Below are positions 39,901-48,614 of a DNA stretch of 64,000 nucleotides, piece by piece (the first letter of the stretch is position 1; each line of letters begins with the position of its first letter). Source of the DNA: a plasmid; assembly GCF_053078305.1 (NCBI RefSeq), contig NZ_CP166875.1. One strand, given 5' to 3'. Position numbers and translations under genes: made by a program. The notes below the pieces were generated by a model. That model made no database searches. It was not told where the DNA came from and saw only the letters and a program-made list of their open reading frames with translations.

Positions 39901-40981
39901 CACGGCAAAAGCTGAAGCCCCCCGGGCCGGCACACCGGAACAACCAGCCGCCCCGTCATCGTCAGCAGGAAACGTCGCTGTCAGTGCACAGCCACAGCAA
40001 CCCGACACACCGGAGGAAGAGCCCCCCGGCAAACTCAGACCCGGTGAAAGTGTGACTGCCGTCCTGACAAACTACGGAGAAAAAGAGTATGCGCCCGGAA
40101 AAGGGCGCTGCTTTTTTGTGGAGCTCACCAACCGCAGTGGCAAACGGGAATACTGGGGAAACGGCCTGGAAGAACTGGTCAAAAACCACCAGAAAGGCAA
40201 CCCCGTCACACTGACGCTGCAGGCGAGAGAAACATTCCGGCTGTCCGGTGAAACACGGGATCGTATCCGTAATATCTGGGCCATGACTCCTGTCAGTAAC
40301 GGCATTACCGTCGATAATGACCATCCTCATGCTGGTCAGCATATCCTGGATTTTCCGATGGCAACATTCAGCCAGGTGATGTTACAGATGCAACAACACT
40401 GGCCACAGATAATGCAGGAAGTTCGCTCCCCCAAAAATCCTCCCAATAATCTGTACATTGGTGAAGACAGGCAACCTGCATCAGCACCTCAGGATCAATC
40501 AATGCGACTCCCCCTCGCTGGTAATGCCCCCAATGAACTGATACCAGCCATCGCCTCTGCCGATAAGGACAATCGTCAGTTGAATCTTCTGCTGGTCCAC
40601 AGCGCAGATGATCATCTGCAGGGCGTGGTCCGCCTGAACGGCACCCTTTACCCGGCACTGGCCACCCCGTCAGCTGACAACCGTCAGCTGGTCATCAATG
40701 CCCTGACGGATAACGGTCTGCAGTTTGCCGGTTACGGTGAAGCTGTTAACCATGATGAGAATAATCATCAGCGTCCGTCCCCACAAATAATGCAGTTTCA
40801 CCTGAAGCAACAGGACTCCCCGTTGTTTGCCGCCATCCACAAACCGGAAGAGCAACCGGACAAGCTTTTCCGCTCTCTGGGTTTTGAGCAGACCTGGAAA
40901 GAGTGGTCTGACAGCCAAAAGGCGGAGGACAGGCAGGAAAAAACTCTGCAACAGGCACAATCCCACAGCCCCGGCCGATGA
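36965..40981 (+). CDS. sog: conjugative DNA primase, Sog-like (TOPRIM domain plus long repetitive acidic linker)
   Basis: 1338 aa; N-terminal TOPRIM signature (LLFAEGYATAASLHE...VDAGNM...FCADNDH...GLTDFNDL); central Pro/Glu/Thr-rich region with about 80-bp imperfect tandem repeats encoding SPSEPAEIQPVQQA.PEP....KP. Confidence 0.8.
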   Translation: MKSRYRTWLAVPPEETEAVKNAVPPLNGRKAVAWDPEKKLWYARAGTELSLLERWLPRPQELSMDAGDPVTEFAQVLENAGLVIQGLPQMDGAIHRVATRDDKKGAKSGAYKAYLDGRPAGWYRDYRSADDSPTNWVFSGGEQHDPLARLHLRAFAQQQRDDNARKLQQQYNKQARYARSYINQLPQATEHEYLTRKGILAAPGVRLNNKNELVIPFSNSRGEIRSYQRIPVTGGKDARILKDSEKTGNWFTFGTPENGRPLLFAEGYATAASLHEATGLPVLMTVDAGNMIDVAENARQIWTDSPFVFCADNDHQRKINKGVSSAQKAAASTHGEVIIPAFTEAEKAQGLTDFNDLDASRGRDAFQRAMNAQLEYIGIPTPNNDTTDRREAIVIGNLIFTPVKDEKPQVYPENRQSTAPEPAVSEQNHPYDIPAEETDNQAYEDDYAAYASLQSVTAGTASPNEPQVNAVSAIDSNAKNTSAATTDDRNVLAQEPNADATVTTTAHDTGTAETDSPSEPAEIQPVQQASPEPSAKDKPQENVVSATDNDAENTSSATTALRSYDTPETSVSDATGTQHTATTQPEEPQQVSMGSADDWSAFAEDLNADAPGNATVHSTDNAETKTLSEPAGMQPVQQATPEPTEENKPQEEGVMSATDTGEESAAAAIDDDLDTVAEDLNADVTVMTTAHHTDTAETASPSEPAEIQPVQQATPEPTAEDKPKEERPVSATETSTANETARPETASLFSRLRRFLTGGKSRTAEPPVIQENKLTEAETATEAAAPPSPPETSPEDTSSAEPDTIIFAPRRPNSPQRHNLDEIIKNLTYDELPDNTALCRVDGEPAFLDKLNRLEMVDGASTDDKKVLAALAVATNFYGGVIELTGSDAFKQKAMQLIVEYDIKVRMKLPVQRAALEKLRQEKGMAHDAIVTHRPTPELNRLSPEETTMAQPAPPVSPKAETEQTAGSTAETPHPEAPVTAKAEAPRAGTPEQPAAPSSSAGNVAVSAQPQQPDTPEEEPPGKLRPGESVTAVLTNYGEKEYAPGKGRCFFVELTNRSGKREYWGNGLEELVKNHQKGNPVTLTLQARETFRLSGETRDRIRNIWAMTPVSNGITVDNDHPHAGQHILDFPMATFSQVMLQMQQHWPQIMQEVRSPKNPPNNLYIGEDRQPASAPQDQSMRLPLAGNAPNELIPAIASADKDNRQLNLLLVHSADDHLQGVVRLNGTLYPALATPSADNRQLVINALTDNGLQFAGYGEAVNHDENNHQRPSPQIMQFHLKQQDSPLFAAIHKPEEQPDKLFRSLGFEQTWKEWSDSQKAEDRQEKTLQQAQSHSPGR

Positions 40982-40997
40982 GCCGGTAAGGACGACC

Positions 40998-41348
40998 ATG
41001 AACATGAAAAAAACGCTGCTGGTCATACTGACCGGCATCACCCTGGCATCACCGGTGGCAGGTGCCGCCACCTGCCGGGCGGGGGCCGCTGCCGAAGCCG
41101 GCAGCAAAGCAGCCTGGGAGCGGGCGCGCACAGCCAGCCAGGCATGGTCACAGCGAGAAAACGACGTCGCCTCCTCCCTGCAGTCCTGCCTGTCCCGCAT
41201 TAAGGACGTCAGCATCACTCTTCCGCAATTCCCCAGTCTGGACAAAATCCTTCGCGATCTGGAAAACCAGGTCTGTGATGCCGTCGTGGATCGGGTGAAT
41301 GAACATCTGCCGGGGAATATCGACCCCTGGAAAGACTATAACCTCTGA
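40998..41348 (+). CDS. secreted transfer protein (TraL position)
   Basis: Start at ATG 40998 (AAGGA Shine-Dalgarno); signal peptide MNMKKTLLVILTGITLASPVAGAA; the ORF-track N-terminus overlaps the sog 3' end. Confidence 0.4.
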   Translation: MNMKKTLLVILTGITLASPVAGAATCRAGAAAEAGSKAAWERARTASQAWSQRENDVASSLQSCLSRIKDVSITLPQFPSLDKILRDLENQVCDAVVDRVNEHLPGNIDPWKDYNL

Positions 41349-41359
41349 ACAGGAGCCCC

Positions 41360-42055
41360 ATGAGCGAAGCACACCCCACATCCCCTGTCTCTCCGGAAAC
41401 AGATAACAGCGGAGATATTTATAAACAAACGCTCAGTACCATTGCACAGTCAGAACAACGGGCCGCACTGGTTCCCGGACTTGTCAGGGCCTTGCTGTGT
41501 AGCAGCGCAGCTCTCGTCATCAGTCTGACCGGCAATATCATACAGTACTGGCATAACAGCAACGTAACGCGTGAATACTTTGCCACCGACAATGGCCGGC
41601 TGGTCCGCCTGGCCCCCACCAGTCAGCCAGCCTGGAGTCAGAGCGACGTCATGACGTTTGGCAGCATGACGCTGAGCGAAGCTTTTAATCTGGATTTTGT
41701 CCACTACAGGAAACAAATCACGACACTGGCCCCCCGCTTTTCCGAAGCCGGTTTTGCCGGCTATGTGAATGCTCTTCAGGCCTCCAACATTCTGGACACC
41801 ATTAAAAAGGAGAAATTTAACCTCACGGCCACCATCGGGGCCGGCACGCTGGTGAATCAGGGCCAGATGGAAAACGGCATCTGGTTCTGGAAATTCCAGT
41901 ATCCGGTCAGGATGCGTCTGGTCGGTCAGAGCAGCACCCGCCCCGAGCAGGCCTTCACCTTTGAAATCACTGTCCGGCGCGTTGACCCACGAATCAAACC
42001 CGGCGGCATGGAAATCAGCCAGATGGTTTCCCGTAACGCCGCATCAGGAACCTGA
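41360..42055 (+). CDS. membrane-anchored transfer protein (TraM position; IcmL/DotI-like)
   Basis: 231 aa with one N-terminal TM helix. Confidence 0.4.
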   Translation: MSEAHPTSPVSPETDNSGDIYKQTLSTIAQSEQRAALVPGLVRALLCSSAALVISLTGNIIQYWHNSNVTREYFATDNGRLVRLAPTSQPAWSQSDVMTFGSMTLSEAFNLDFVHYRKQITTLAPRFSEAGFAGYVNALQASNILDTIKKEKFNLTATIGAGTLVNQGQMENGIWFWKFQYPVRMRLVGQSSTRPEQAFTFEITVRRVDPRIKPGGMEISQMVSRNAASGT

Positions 42056-42065
42056 GACTCATATC

Positions 42066-43040
42066 ATGCAAATACATCATCTTCTTGGCGCACTGCTTAT
42101 TGTGTGCGGCACTGTCACGGCTGCAGATAACCCGAGCTGGCAGAACGCACGAACCCCACAGGCTGGCGGAAAGACAGGACAGGCTCCCGGGAACGCCCCC
42201 GCAGGCGGCCCCCCGCCTGCCACACAACTCACAGGCCCCCTGCCGCCACCTGCCTCTCCCCTTGTTCAGGAAGCCGCATCACTGGATTCCCCCCTGAATG
42301 CAGGTGAAATTCGGGAACTGCGGGGACGAATGGCCGATAACGAACGGGCCATCAGCGCACCTGTCACCAGTGTGGTGCCCCGTATCAGCTCCCTCACAGT
42401 AAATCTGTCACCCGGGGCCAGTCTGCCGCTTGTCCGAACCGCACTGCATAACGTCAGCGTGGTAACGTTCACGGACATCAACGGCTCCCCGTGGCCTCAG
42501 TCGGATCCGCCTTATAACGCGGCACCCGGTCACTTTGATGTGCAGTTCAACGGCAATATGGTCTCCGTCACTCCCCTGCGCGCCTGGGCTGCAGGGAATG
42601 TAACGGTCTACCTCAAAGGACTGTCTGTACCGGTCATTCTGAATATCACCAGTGGTGAAACCGACACCAATACCCTGAGTCAGGAGATCGACAGCCGTCT
42701 GGATCTGCGCATTCCCCGTCAGGGACCTGTCAGTCCTGTGGTAGCCGTACCATCAGAGAAGATTGCCCTGCATGATGCCACCCTGCAGGCCTTTCTGGAC
42801 GGTGTTCCTCCCGATGATCCCACCGTGCGTCGGCTGAAATTCTCCGGAAATGTTCCGGACACCACCATCTGGCAGCACGGCGATGATCTGCTCGTGCGAT
42901 CGCGGGCCATGCTGCGGGATGAATTTGAACAGACGCTGGCATCTGCTGACGGTACGCGTCTGTGGAAACTGCCGGTGACTCCCTTACTCACCTTCTCCGT
43001 GAATGGTCAGTCCATTCACGTCACCCCTGAACTGGAGTAA
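42066..43040 (+). CDS. secreted transfer protein (TraN position)
   Basis: Start at ATG 42066; signal peptide MQIHHLLGALLIVCGTVTAA, then a Pro/Gly-rich linker. Confidence 0.45.
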   Translation: MQIHHLLGALLIVCGTVTAADNPSWQNARTPQAGGKTGQAPGNAPAGGPPPATQLTGPLPPPASPLVQEAASLDSPLNAGEIRELRGRMADNERAISAPVTSVVPRISSLTVNLSPGASLPLVRTALHNVSVVTFTDINGSPWPQSDPPYNAAPGHFDVQFNGNMVSVTPLRAWAAGNVTVYLKGLSVPVILNITSGETDTNTLSQEIDSRLDLRIPRQGPVSPVVAVPSEKIALHDATLQAFLDGVPPDDPTVRRLKFSGNVPDTTIWQHGDDLLVRSRAMLRDEFEQTLASADGTRLWKLPVTPLLTFSVNGQSIHVTPELE

Positions 43041-43043
43041 ATC

Positions 43044-44375
43044 ATGAGCGCAGAACAGGACACAGCCGCAAAGTCCGGCAAAAAACTGTCAGCCCTGCTG
43101 GTTCTCGGGGGCGTGATTATCATCGGGGGCGGATACCTGCTGCTCACCTGGCTTTCCCCCGAAAACAGCGCATCGCTCTCGTCAGTCAATATCAACAGCA
43201 CGACAACAGGCAGCGGGCGGACCGTGGTGGAGTCACAGCACTACCGGGATTTACTGCGTGCTGACAATGAGCGCGGGGCCGCAGAAGCATTACGTAATAA
43301 CCAGACGTTCATCGCCAGTCTGCCCAGGGGACTGGATACTGATCACGGAAAGAATCAAAGTAGGGATACTCAGCCTGCTGACCAGGCCGAGGGTTCTGGT
43401 CAACCATCAACGCCCCCTCAGGCAGATCAAACAGCCCGGGAAAAACAGCGGGAAGCGTTACAAAAACTGCTTGCCCGCATCAACACACAGCATCCTGACG
43501 CCCGCCCCCCGGTAGTGGCGGCTGCAATGTGGGGTACCACTGGTGCTCCCGGGATAAGCTCACACGCCTCACCACCCGGTACCGGCACATCACCACAACC
43601 ACGTCTGCAGGAGGCCAGTCTGGCAACCCCGGCAGCTCGTACAGGGATACAGCTGATACCGGCACTGACCCGCGTACCTGCCTTCATTGATACGGAAGTG
43701 GACTCTGACAATGCTGTCTCCCGCGTGGTGGCCTCCGTACCTGCCGGCCCATGGGCCGGGGCAGTCCTCTACAGCCAGGACGCCAGACTCGCCGGCAAGG
43801 GAATGGATATCCACTTTGACCGGATGATGTGGCGGGGCATGTTTCTGAAAGTCAATGCATATGCCCTGAATGAACATACCGGCATGTCATCCGTGGCCAG
43901 CGACGTGAACCACCGCTGGTTTAAGCATATCGTTCTGCCGTCTGTGCTCGGTGGGGTGGGCAGTGTCGGAAGTCTTTACAAAGACGCCAACACACAGGTC
44001 ATTCAGGGAAACTACGGCAGCATTACCGGCAGGGTGGGAATGCCTGATGGCGAGGCGCTGGCTGGCGTCATTGCAGGCGGCATGGCCGAACGGGGCAGTC
44101 AGTTGCTGACCCGCCAGGCGGAGAGCGAACCTTACCGGCAGGTGACAGTGTCACGCGGAGAGGTTGTCTCCATTCTGTTTGTTGAGCCGGTCATGAGCAA
44201 CGATATCAGTCCCCCCTCCTCCGGCACTGCCCCTTCTGTGCCACCGCCCTCCGGACGCCCGCTCACCCAGGAAGAAGCAGAGCGTCAGGCGTCTGACAGG
44301 ATCCAGGCAGCTGTCATGCGTAAACAGAACGAAATGCGGCAACGTTACGGAATACAACAGGAAAGTCATCCATGA
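43044..44375 (+). CDS. traO: VirB10/DotG-like transfer protein (TraO position)
   Basis: 443 aa; N-terminal TM anchor, Pro/Gln-rich periplasmic linker, Gly-rich C-terminal domain; name by position. Confidence 0.45.
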   Translation: MSAEQDTAAKSGKKLSALLVLGGVIIIGGGYLLLTWLSPENSASLSSVNINSTTTGSGRTVVESQHYRDLLRADNERGAAEALRNNQTFIASLPRGLDTDHGKNQSRDTQPADQAEGSGQPSTPPQADQTAREKQREALQKLLARINTQHPDARPPVVAAAMWGTTGAPGISSHASPPGTGTSPQPRLQEASLATPAARTGIQLIPALTRVPAFIDTEVDSDNAVSRVVASVPAGPWAGAVLYSQDARLAGKGMDIHFDRMMWRGMFLKVNAYALNEHTGMSSVASDVNHRWFKHIVLPSVLGGVGSVGSLYKDANTQVIQGNYGSITGRVGMPDGEALAGVIAGGMAERGSQLLTRQAESEPYRQVTVSRGEVVSILFVEPVMSNDISPPSSGTAPSVPPPSGRPLTQEEAERQASDRIQAAVMRKQNEMRQRYGIQQESHP

Positions 44376-45085
44376 AAAACGAACATGAAGATCCCGGCAG
44401 TTTTGGCGAAACAACGACACCGGCATCCGGCAAATCCTTCCTGAAACGCCAGTATATGGGATACAGCCTGCCAGTCTGGGCCGGCTGTGTCCTCATCATC
44501 CTGGCCGCAGTCTGGTACAAGTTTCTGCGGACACCCTCAGAGCCCCCTGCAGATGCAGGCTTCGCTGTCACACCGCCCGCAGCCGAAAGCTGGGCAGAGC
44601 CCATGCCCATGACGGAGACCGGGAGCGGAAACACCATGTCCGCGCCTCCTGTCTCCCCACAGGCAGACATGCAGCAGCTTGCCCGTGACCTGAAAGCAGA
44701 GCTGGACAGGCGGGATGAGGAAATCCGACGTACCCTGACCATGCTGAAAGAGAGCATCACAACCCTTGGCGACACCATACGGAAAGATGAGGCCTGGGCA
44801 CAGGAAACCCGTCAGTTGCTTGATGAAACCCGTAAGCAGGTGCATGCCCTGCAGATGCAGGGACCACTGCAAATCCCGACCGGGAATAACGGCCAGTCAA
44901 CGAAAACCCCGCCTTCCCGCCTGCAGGGCATGCAAATCATGTCGGTGGAAAAAGGAATGGCCTGGATCCGCTGGCAGGGTAGCGCCTGGGCAGTACGGGA
45001 AGGTGACAGGCTGGGGAATATCACCATCACCCGGATTGAACCGTCCAGCCGCTCAGTCATCACCTCTGCCGGTACATTACGATGA
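44372..45085 (+). CDS. membrane-anchored transfer protein (TraP position)
   Basis: 237 aa, single TM segment, coiled-coil region; start overlaps previous stop. Confidence 0.4.
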   Translation: MKNEHEDPGSFGETTTPASGKSFLKRQYMGYSLPVWAGCVLIILAAVWYKFLRTPSEPPADAGFAVTPPAAESWAEPMPMTETGSGNTMSAPPVSPQADMQQLARDLKAELDRRDEEIRRTLTMLKESITTLGDTIRKDEAWAQETRQLLDETRKQVHALQMQGPLQIPTGNNGQSTKTPPSRLQGMQIMSVEKGMAWIRWQGSAWAVREGDRLGNITITRIEPSSRSVITSAGTLR

Positions 45086-45612
45086 TGAGCATTGATGCCC
45101 TGACAGCCATAGAGAACTTTGCCAGCGGTATATTCAGTGCAGGCATGGAGTTTCTCTTCACCTGGGGAGAGCTGCTGGGGATTATCGGCCTGATTGGTCA
45201 TCTGATGCGTGCCCGGGCTGAAGGGCGTCACAGTATGGGACCGGGAAAATTTATCGCCGGTATCGTCATCTGCGGCATGCTGGTCGCCCTGCCATCCTTC
45301 ATCAATGCCGGGGGTACCCAGATGGGATTCAGGGCAGATTCCTTCGGCCCTATCGCTTATGTACAACCAACCACCTTTGGTGCCGCTGCCGGTGCCGCCA
45401 ATGCCATGCTCTCACTGGTAAAACTGGCCGGAGTGGGGTTTGCCATGAACGGCATTTCCATCTGGCGTAAATCCCTGCTGGACGGGCATACCGCCCTGAG
45501 CAGCAGTGAGTCCATCAGCAAAGGAAACGTCAAGTTTGTTGCCGGCGTTCTGCTGGTTTTTATCGATCGCGTCATCGATGCCTCTCTGGCGAGTCTTGGT
45601 CTCGCCTTCTGA
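45082..45612 (+). CDS. integral-membrane transfer protein (TraQ position)
   Basis: 176 aa, several hydrophobic segments; overlapping start/stop. Confidence 0.4.
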   Translation: MMSIDALTAIENFASGIFSAGMEFLFTWGELLGIIGLIGHLMRARAEGRHSMGPGKFIAGIVICGMLVALPSFINAGGTQMGFRADSFGPIAYVQPTTFGAAAGAANAMLSLVKLAGVGFAMNGISIWRKSLLDGHTALSSSESISKGNVKFVAGVLLVFIDRVIDASLASLGLAF

Positions 45613-45658
45613 TCCACATCCTTTTTCAGTAATTCAGTCTGTTAGTTAAGGAGACTAT

Positions 45659-46057
45659 ATGTCACGATTCCGTGCCATGGCGGCGCGTCTGTGCGCTGCA
45701 TTTATTTATGTTCAGTTATGCCTGGTGGCCTGCCGTGATCGGCTGATACGCCTGTTACTTCTGCTTCCCGTGATACTGCTGCCCCACACAGCGATGGCAA
45801 ACACCCTATTCGATATGATCAAAACCGTTGGCGATGGTGCAAAAGGCTCCAGCAGTTCATTTGTGGCTATCGGTCAGGTTATTGGCCTGGTGCTCTTTAT
45901 CGGCGGCCTGCTTGGCCTCAAACAAATCGGTAAAAAACCCGGTGCCGGGCTGGCCTGCCTGCTGTCAATTCTGGTCGGCCTCTGCCTTGCCGTCGTACCG
46001 GAACTGATGGGTAGCGGACAGAAAACGCTCGGTCTTTCTCCGGTTTCAATCAGTTAA
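45659..46057 (+). CDS. small integral-membrane transfer protein (TraR position)
   Basis: 132 aa with hydrophobic segments. Confidence 0.4.
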   Translation: MSRFRAMAARLCAAFIYVQLCLVACRDRLIRLLLLLPVILLPHTAMANTLFDMIKTVGDGAKGSSSSFVAIGQVIGLVLFIGGLLGLKQIGKKPGAGLACLLSILVGLCLAVVPELMGSGQKTLGLSPVSIS

Positions 46058-46113
46058 TCCGCAAAGGCACCGGGAAACCGGTGCCGTCTTCACACAATGA
46101 GGAGGACCAGACC

Positions 46114-46365
46114 ATGTCCTGTGAGCTGCCCCCTTTCACCCTGCTCAGAACAGAGCACGGCAACGTGATTGCCCGCGACAACCGGGATAATCAGGAGTTT
46201 GTGTTTGCAGAATGTTATTCCACCGCCATCGCAGCACTGATTCTGGCTGCCGTCACCCTGTATACAGAGAGAAAAACGTATGAACAAAACACCGCCACTC
46301 ATCGCCCCGGTCCGGGAACGCTGGCTTTTCCCGCTCCCGCAACCGGACACGGTATTCAGCGGTGA
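46114..46365 (+). CDS. small membrane protein (TraS position)
   Basis: ATG 46114 with strong GGAGGA Shine-Dalgarno; one TM segment; its 3' end overlaps the next ORF by about 86 nt. Confidence 0.3.
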   Translation: MSCELPPFTLLRTEHGNVIARDNRDNQEFVFAECYSTAIAALILAAVTLYTERKTYEQNTATHRPGPGTLAFPAPATGHGIQR

Positions 46366-47098
46366 ATCCCTGCTGCCACCACCAGTGCTCTCAACACCCG
46401 GACGCTGTCCCTGCTGTCGCAGGACCGTCACTCACCGCTTCATTCTGGAGGATTCATGGCCATTACAGCAGATGGCTGACACCTGCCGGGATACGGTCGT
46501 CCTGCTGGAAAAAAACCTCACCCGGGTGATGCGCCTGAAAAAACATCCGGTACCGGAAAATGCTGACGAAAAAAAGAAACACACCCGAACCCTGCAGGAT
46601 GCGGAGCGGTCCCTGGCACAGGCCCGCCTGTCGGCCAGGCGACTGGCCCTGCGTCATGTGGAAAAGTCACAAATCGTCACAACAGATGCACTCAGCGAAA
46701 ATGAAAGTGAACTGCTGCAGCCGGAAGGCCCGCCCTTTCATCTCTGTGCCTTCTGCCACGCCTGGCACTGCCTGAACGGCTACGCTGCCGCACAGGGGGT
46801 GATGGTCTGGCTCCCTGATTTGCATCCGGCCTCGGTAGTTGCTCTCAATGCACGGGCACTGAAGGAAATTTTCAGCGATGAGCGTAAGCGAGTCAGACAG
46901 GGACGGGCCGTACTGAATGCCCTGGTACAGAACCGCCTGGCCGTTGAGGAGAAATTTCGCACCTGGCGTCCGGCGGATTTTGCTGATGCACTGCGCCGCT
47001 GGCCGCCGGCACAGCGTAAAACGTTGAGGGAGAAAATGGACGGGGTGGCGCTCATTCTGCTGCCGGATTCGTTTCCTGACAAAAAGTACGTCATGTGA
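46280..47098 (+). CDS. Cys-rich transfer protein (TraT position)
   Basis: 272 aa with CPCC and CAFCHAWHC cysteine clusters; start uncertain (could be ATG 46469). Confidence 0.4.
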   Translation: MNKTPPLIAPVRERWLFPLPQPDTVFSGESLLPPPVLSTPGRCPCCRRTVTHRFILEDSWPLQQMADTCRDTVVLLEKNLTRVMRLKKHPVPENADEKKKHTRTLQDAERSLAQARLSARRLALRHVEKSQIVTTDALSENESELLQPEGPPFHLCAFCHAWHCLNGYAAAQGVMVWLPDLHPASVVALNARALKEIFSDERKRVRQGRAVLNALVQNRLAVEEKFRTWRPADFADALRRWPPAQRKTLREKMDGVALILLPDSFPDKKYVM

Positions 47099-47156
47099 CA
47101 CACACCGGTACCGATGACATTCTGCCGGCACACATTCAACTTACAGAGGAACAAAA

Positions 47157-47516
47157 ATGGATACACACTCTGCCGGATATCAGTTCACTGCAGATTCATT
47201 CCGGCGTTTTATTATACGGACGCTGACTGACAATATTCCGCCTGACGGAGATGAAAAAGAAATTGCCCGGTTCATTCTCCGCCACCCGGCATTTAACGGC
47301 GGCTGGCTGCTCTTTCTGGCTGCAGAAATTCATGAAAGATCCCGTACCCATAAAAGCATCACCGTCACAGTGAGCGTCGATAACTATCTCTCATGGATGG
47401 ATATTGCCGTATCCGGTCTCCCGGAATTACCGGATATGCCCTTCTGTGATTTTTTCATTCGCCGCCAGCAGTTTATCTATCCGGGTGTGCCCCCGACAAA
47501 ATCAGGAGAAGAATGA
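47157..47516 (+). CDS. hypothetical protein
   Basis: 119-aa ORF in the tra array. Confidence 0.3.
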   Translation: MDTHSAGYQFTADSFRRFIIRTLTDNIPPDGDEKEIARFILRHPAFNGGWLLFLAAEIHERSRTHKSITVTVSVDNYLSWMDIAVSGLPELPDMPFCDFFIRRQQFIYPGVPPTKSGEE

Positions 47517-47896
47517 TGAAAATTCACCGCATATCCCCGGAGATGCTTATAACACTCATCCACGCACACCTGGCCGGAAAAACTGACAGTACCGCCAAAG
47601 AAGAGCACCGGCTACTCCGTCGTTTCCTGCGGGATGATGACGGCAGGCTGGCCGGCGTACTGCTGAATATTGCCGGAATACTTCAGTTCAACAGGGAATT
47701 AAGTGCGCGGCATAATTATCCGGCCACACCCCTGACTGAATTTTCATTAAGGAAACGGGGAAAACAACTTCATCTCTGTCTCTGCAGTCTCCGTTTCTTT
47801 TATATTCCTCCGGTATTTATACAAAACAAAAGAAGAAAATCTATTGTTGTACATCTTAATAAGATCACTTATAAACAAACCCATTCAATACGCTGA
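47513..47896 (+). CDS. hypothetical protein, 3' end replaced by AT-rich insertion
   Basis: 127-aa ORF whose first ~75 codons have normal GC while the 3' part runs into AT-rich DNA (from ~47740). Confidence 0.3.
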   Translation: MMKIHRISPEMLITLIHAHLAGKTDSTAKEEHRLLRRFLRDDDGRLAGVLLNIAGILQFNRELSARHNYPATPLTEFSLRKRGKQLHLCLCSLRFFYIPPVFIQNKRRKSIVVHLNKITYKQTHSIR

Positions 47897-48414
47897 CGAA
47901 GTGATTCATACTGATTATACTCATCTTTGCCTATATGTTTTTTAAGCGTATTAACAATATCATATTGAGGATGTCCTGAATTGTCAGTATACAGTGTTGT
48001 TGCAGGAAGGACTGCATAATCTGATATTTCACAACCTGTATACAGTTCTTTGTCAGTTCGGCAGGAATGGCAAAGAGAAAGACATGTATACAGGTCTGTG
48101 TTTTCTGCCTCCTCAGGAGATAACCACGACACATATTGCAAATCATCTGTATCAGGATAACAATTTTCTTCCTGAACCTGAACTCTGAAAATATAGAAAA
48201 ATAATTCATCTTTTGAAAGGCATGCTATTTTATTCCCCCAATGCACCGCATTATCAAGTTGATCCGATAAATAAATCCATCCTGGTGTCGTCTCTAACGA
48301 CCAGCATATAACAGAAGGAGCATCAGTTCTTATTTTCCCATCTTTTATTATTTGCAGACCTCTGCTCATTGTTGTCGCATGAAAAAGATTTAATATTTTA
48401 TTTTCAGCCTTCAC
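47869..48414 (-). CDS. opposite-strand protein in AT-rich cassette; possible ADP-ribosyltransferase-fold enzyme
   Basis: 181-aa ORF; N-terminal LFHATTMSRGLQIIKDGKI resembles the H-G/A-T motif region of Tpt1/KptA-type and ART-fold proteins (weak, from memory). Confidence 0.45.
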   Translation of the reverse strand: MKAENKILNLFHATTMSRGLQIIKDGKIRTDAPSVICWSLETTPGWIYLSDQLDNAVHWGNKIACLSKDELFFYIFRVQVQEENCYPDTDDLQYVSWLSPEEAENTDLYTCLSLCHSCRTDKELYTGCEISDYAVLPATTLYTDNSGHPQYDIVNTLKKHIGKDEYNQYESLRQRIEWVCL

Positions 48415-48483
48415 TCTATTTCCTCATTTCCCAAGAAACATATTAAAAACGGAAAACATTACACATAACCTGGAGGACAAATC

Positions 48484-48576
48484 ATGACTTTAAATTTCCC
48501 TGCCGGGGAAACTACACTATTCTCAGCAAAAAACATCCTGACAGCAATACTCACTCTGCACAACTTACACGCATAG
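48484..48576 (+). CDS. 30-codon small ORF with strong RBS upstream of the traU-like gene
   Basis: GGAGGA Shine-Dalgarno 8 nt before ATG 48484; MTLNFPAGETTLFSAKNILTAILTLHNLHA-stop; not in ORF track (<60 aa). Confidence 0.2.
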   Translation: MTLNFPAGETTLFSAKNILTAILTLHNLHA

Positions 48577-48614
48577 CGTTCCCATTTGAATACAGTTGCA
48601 GCCCGCGATTTATT

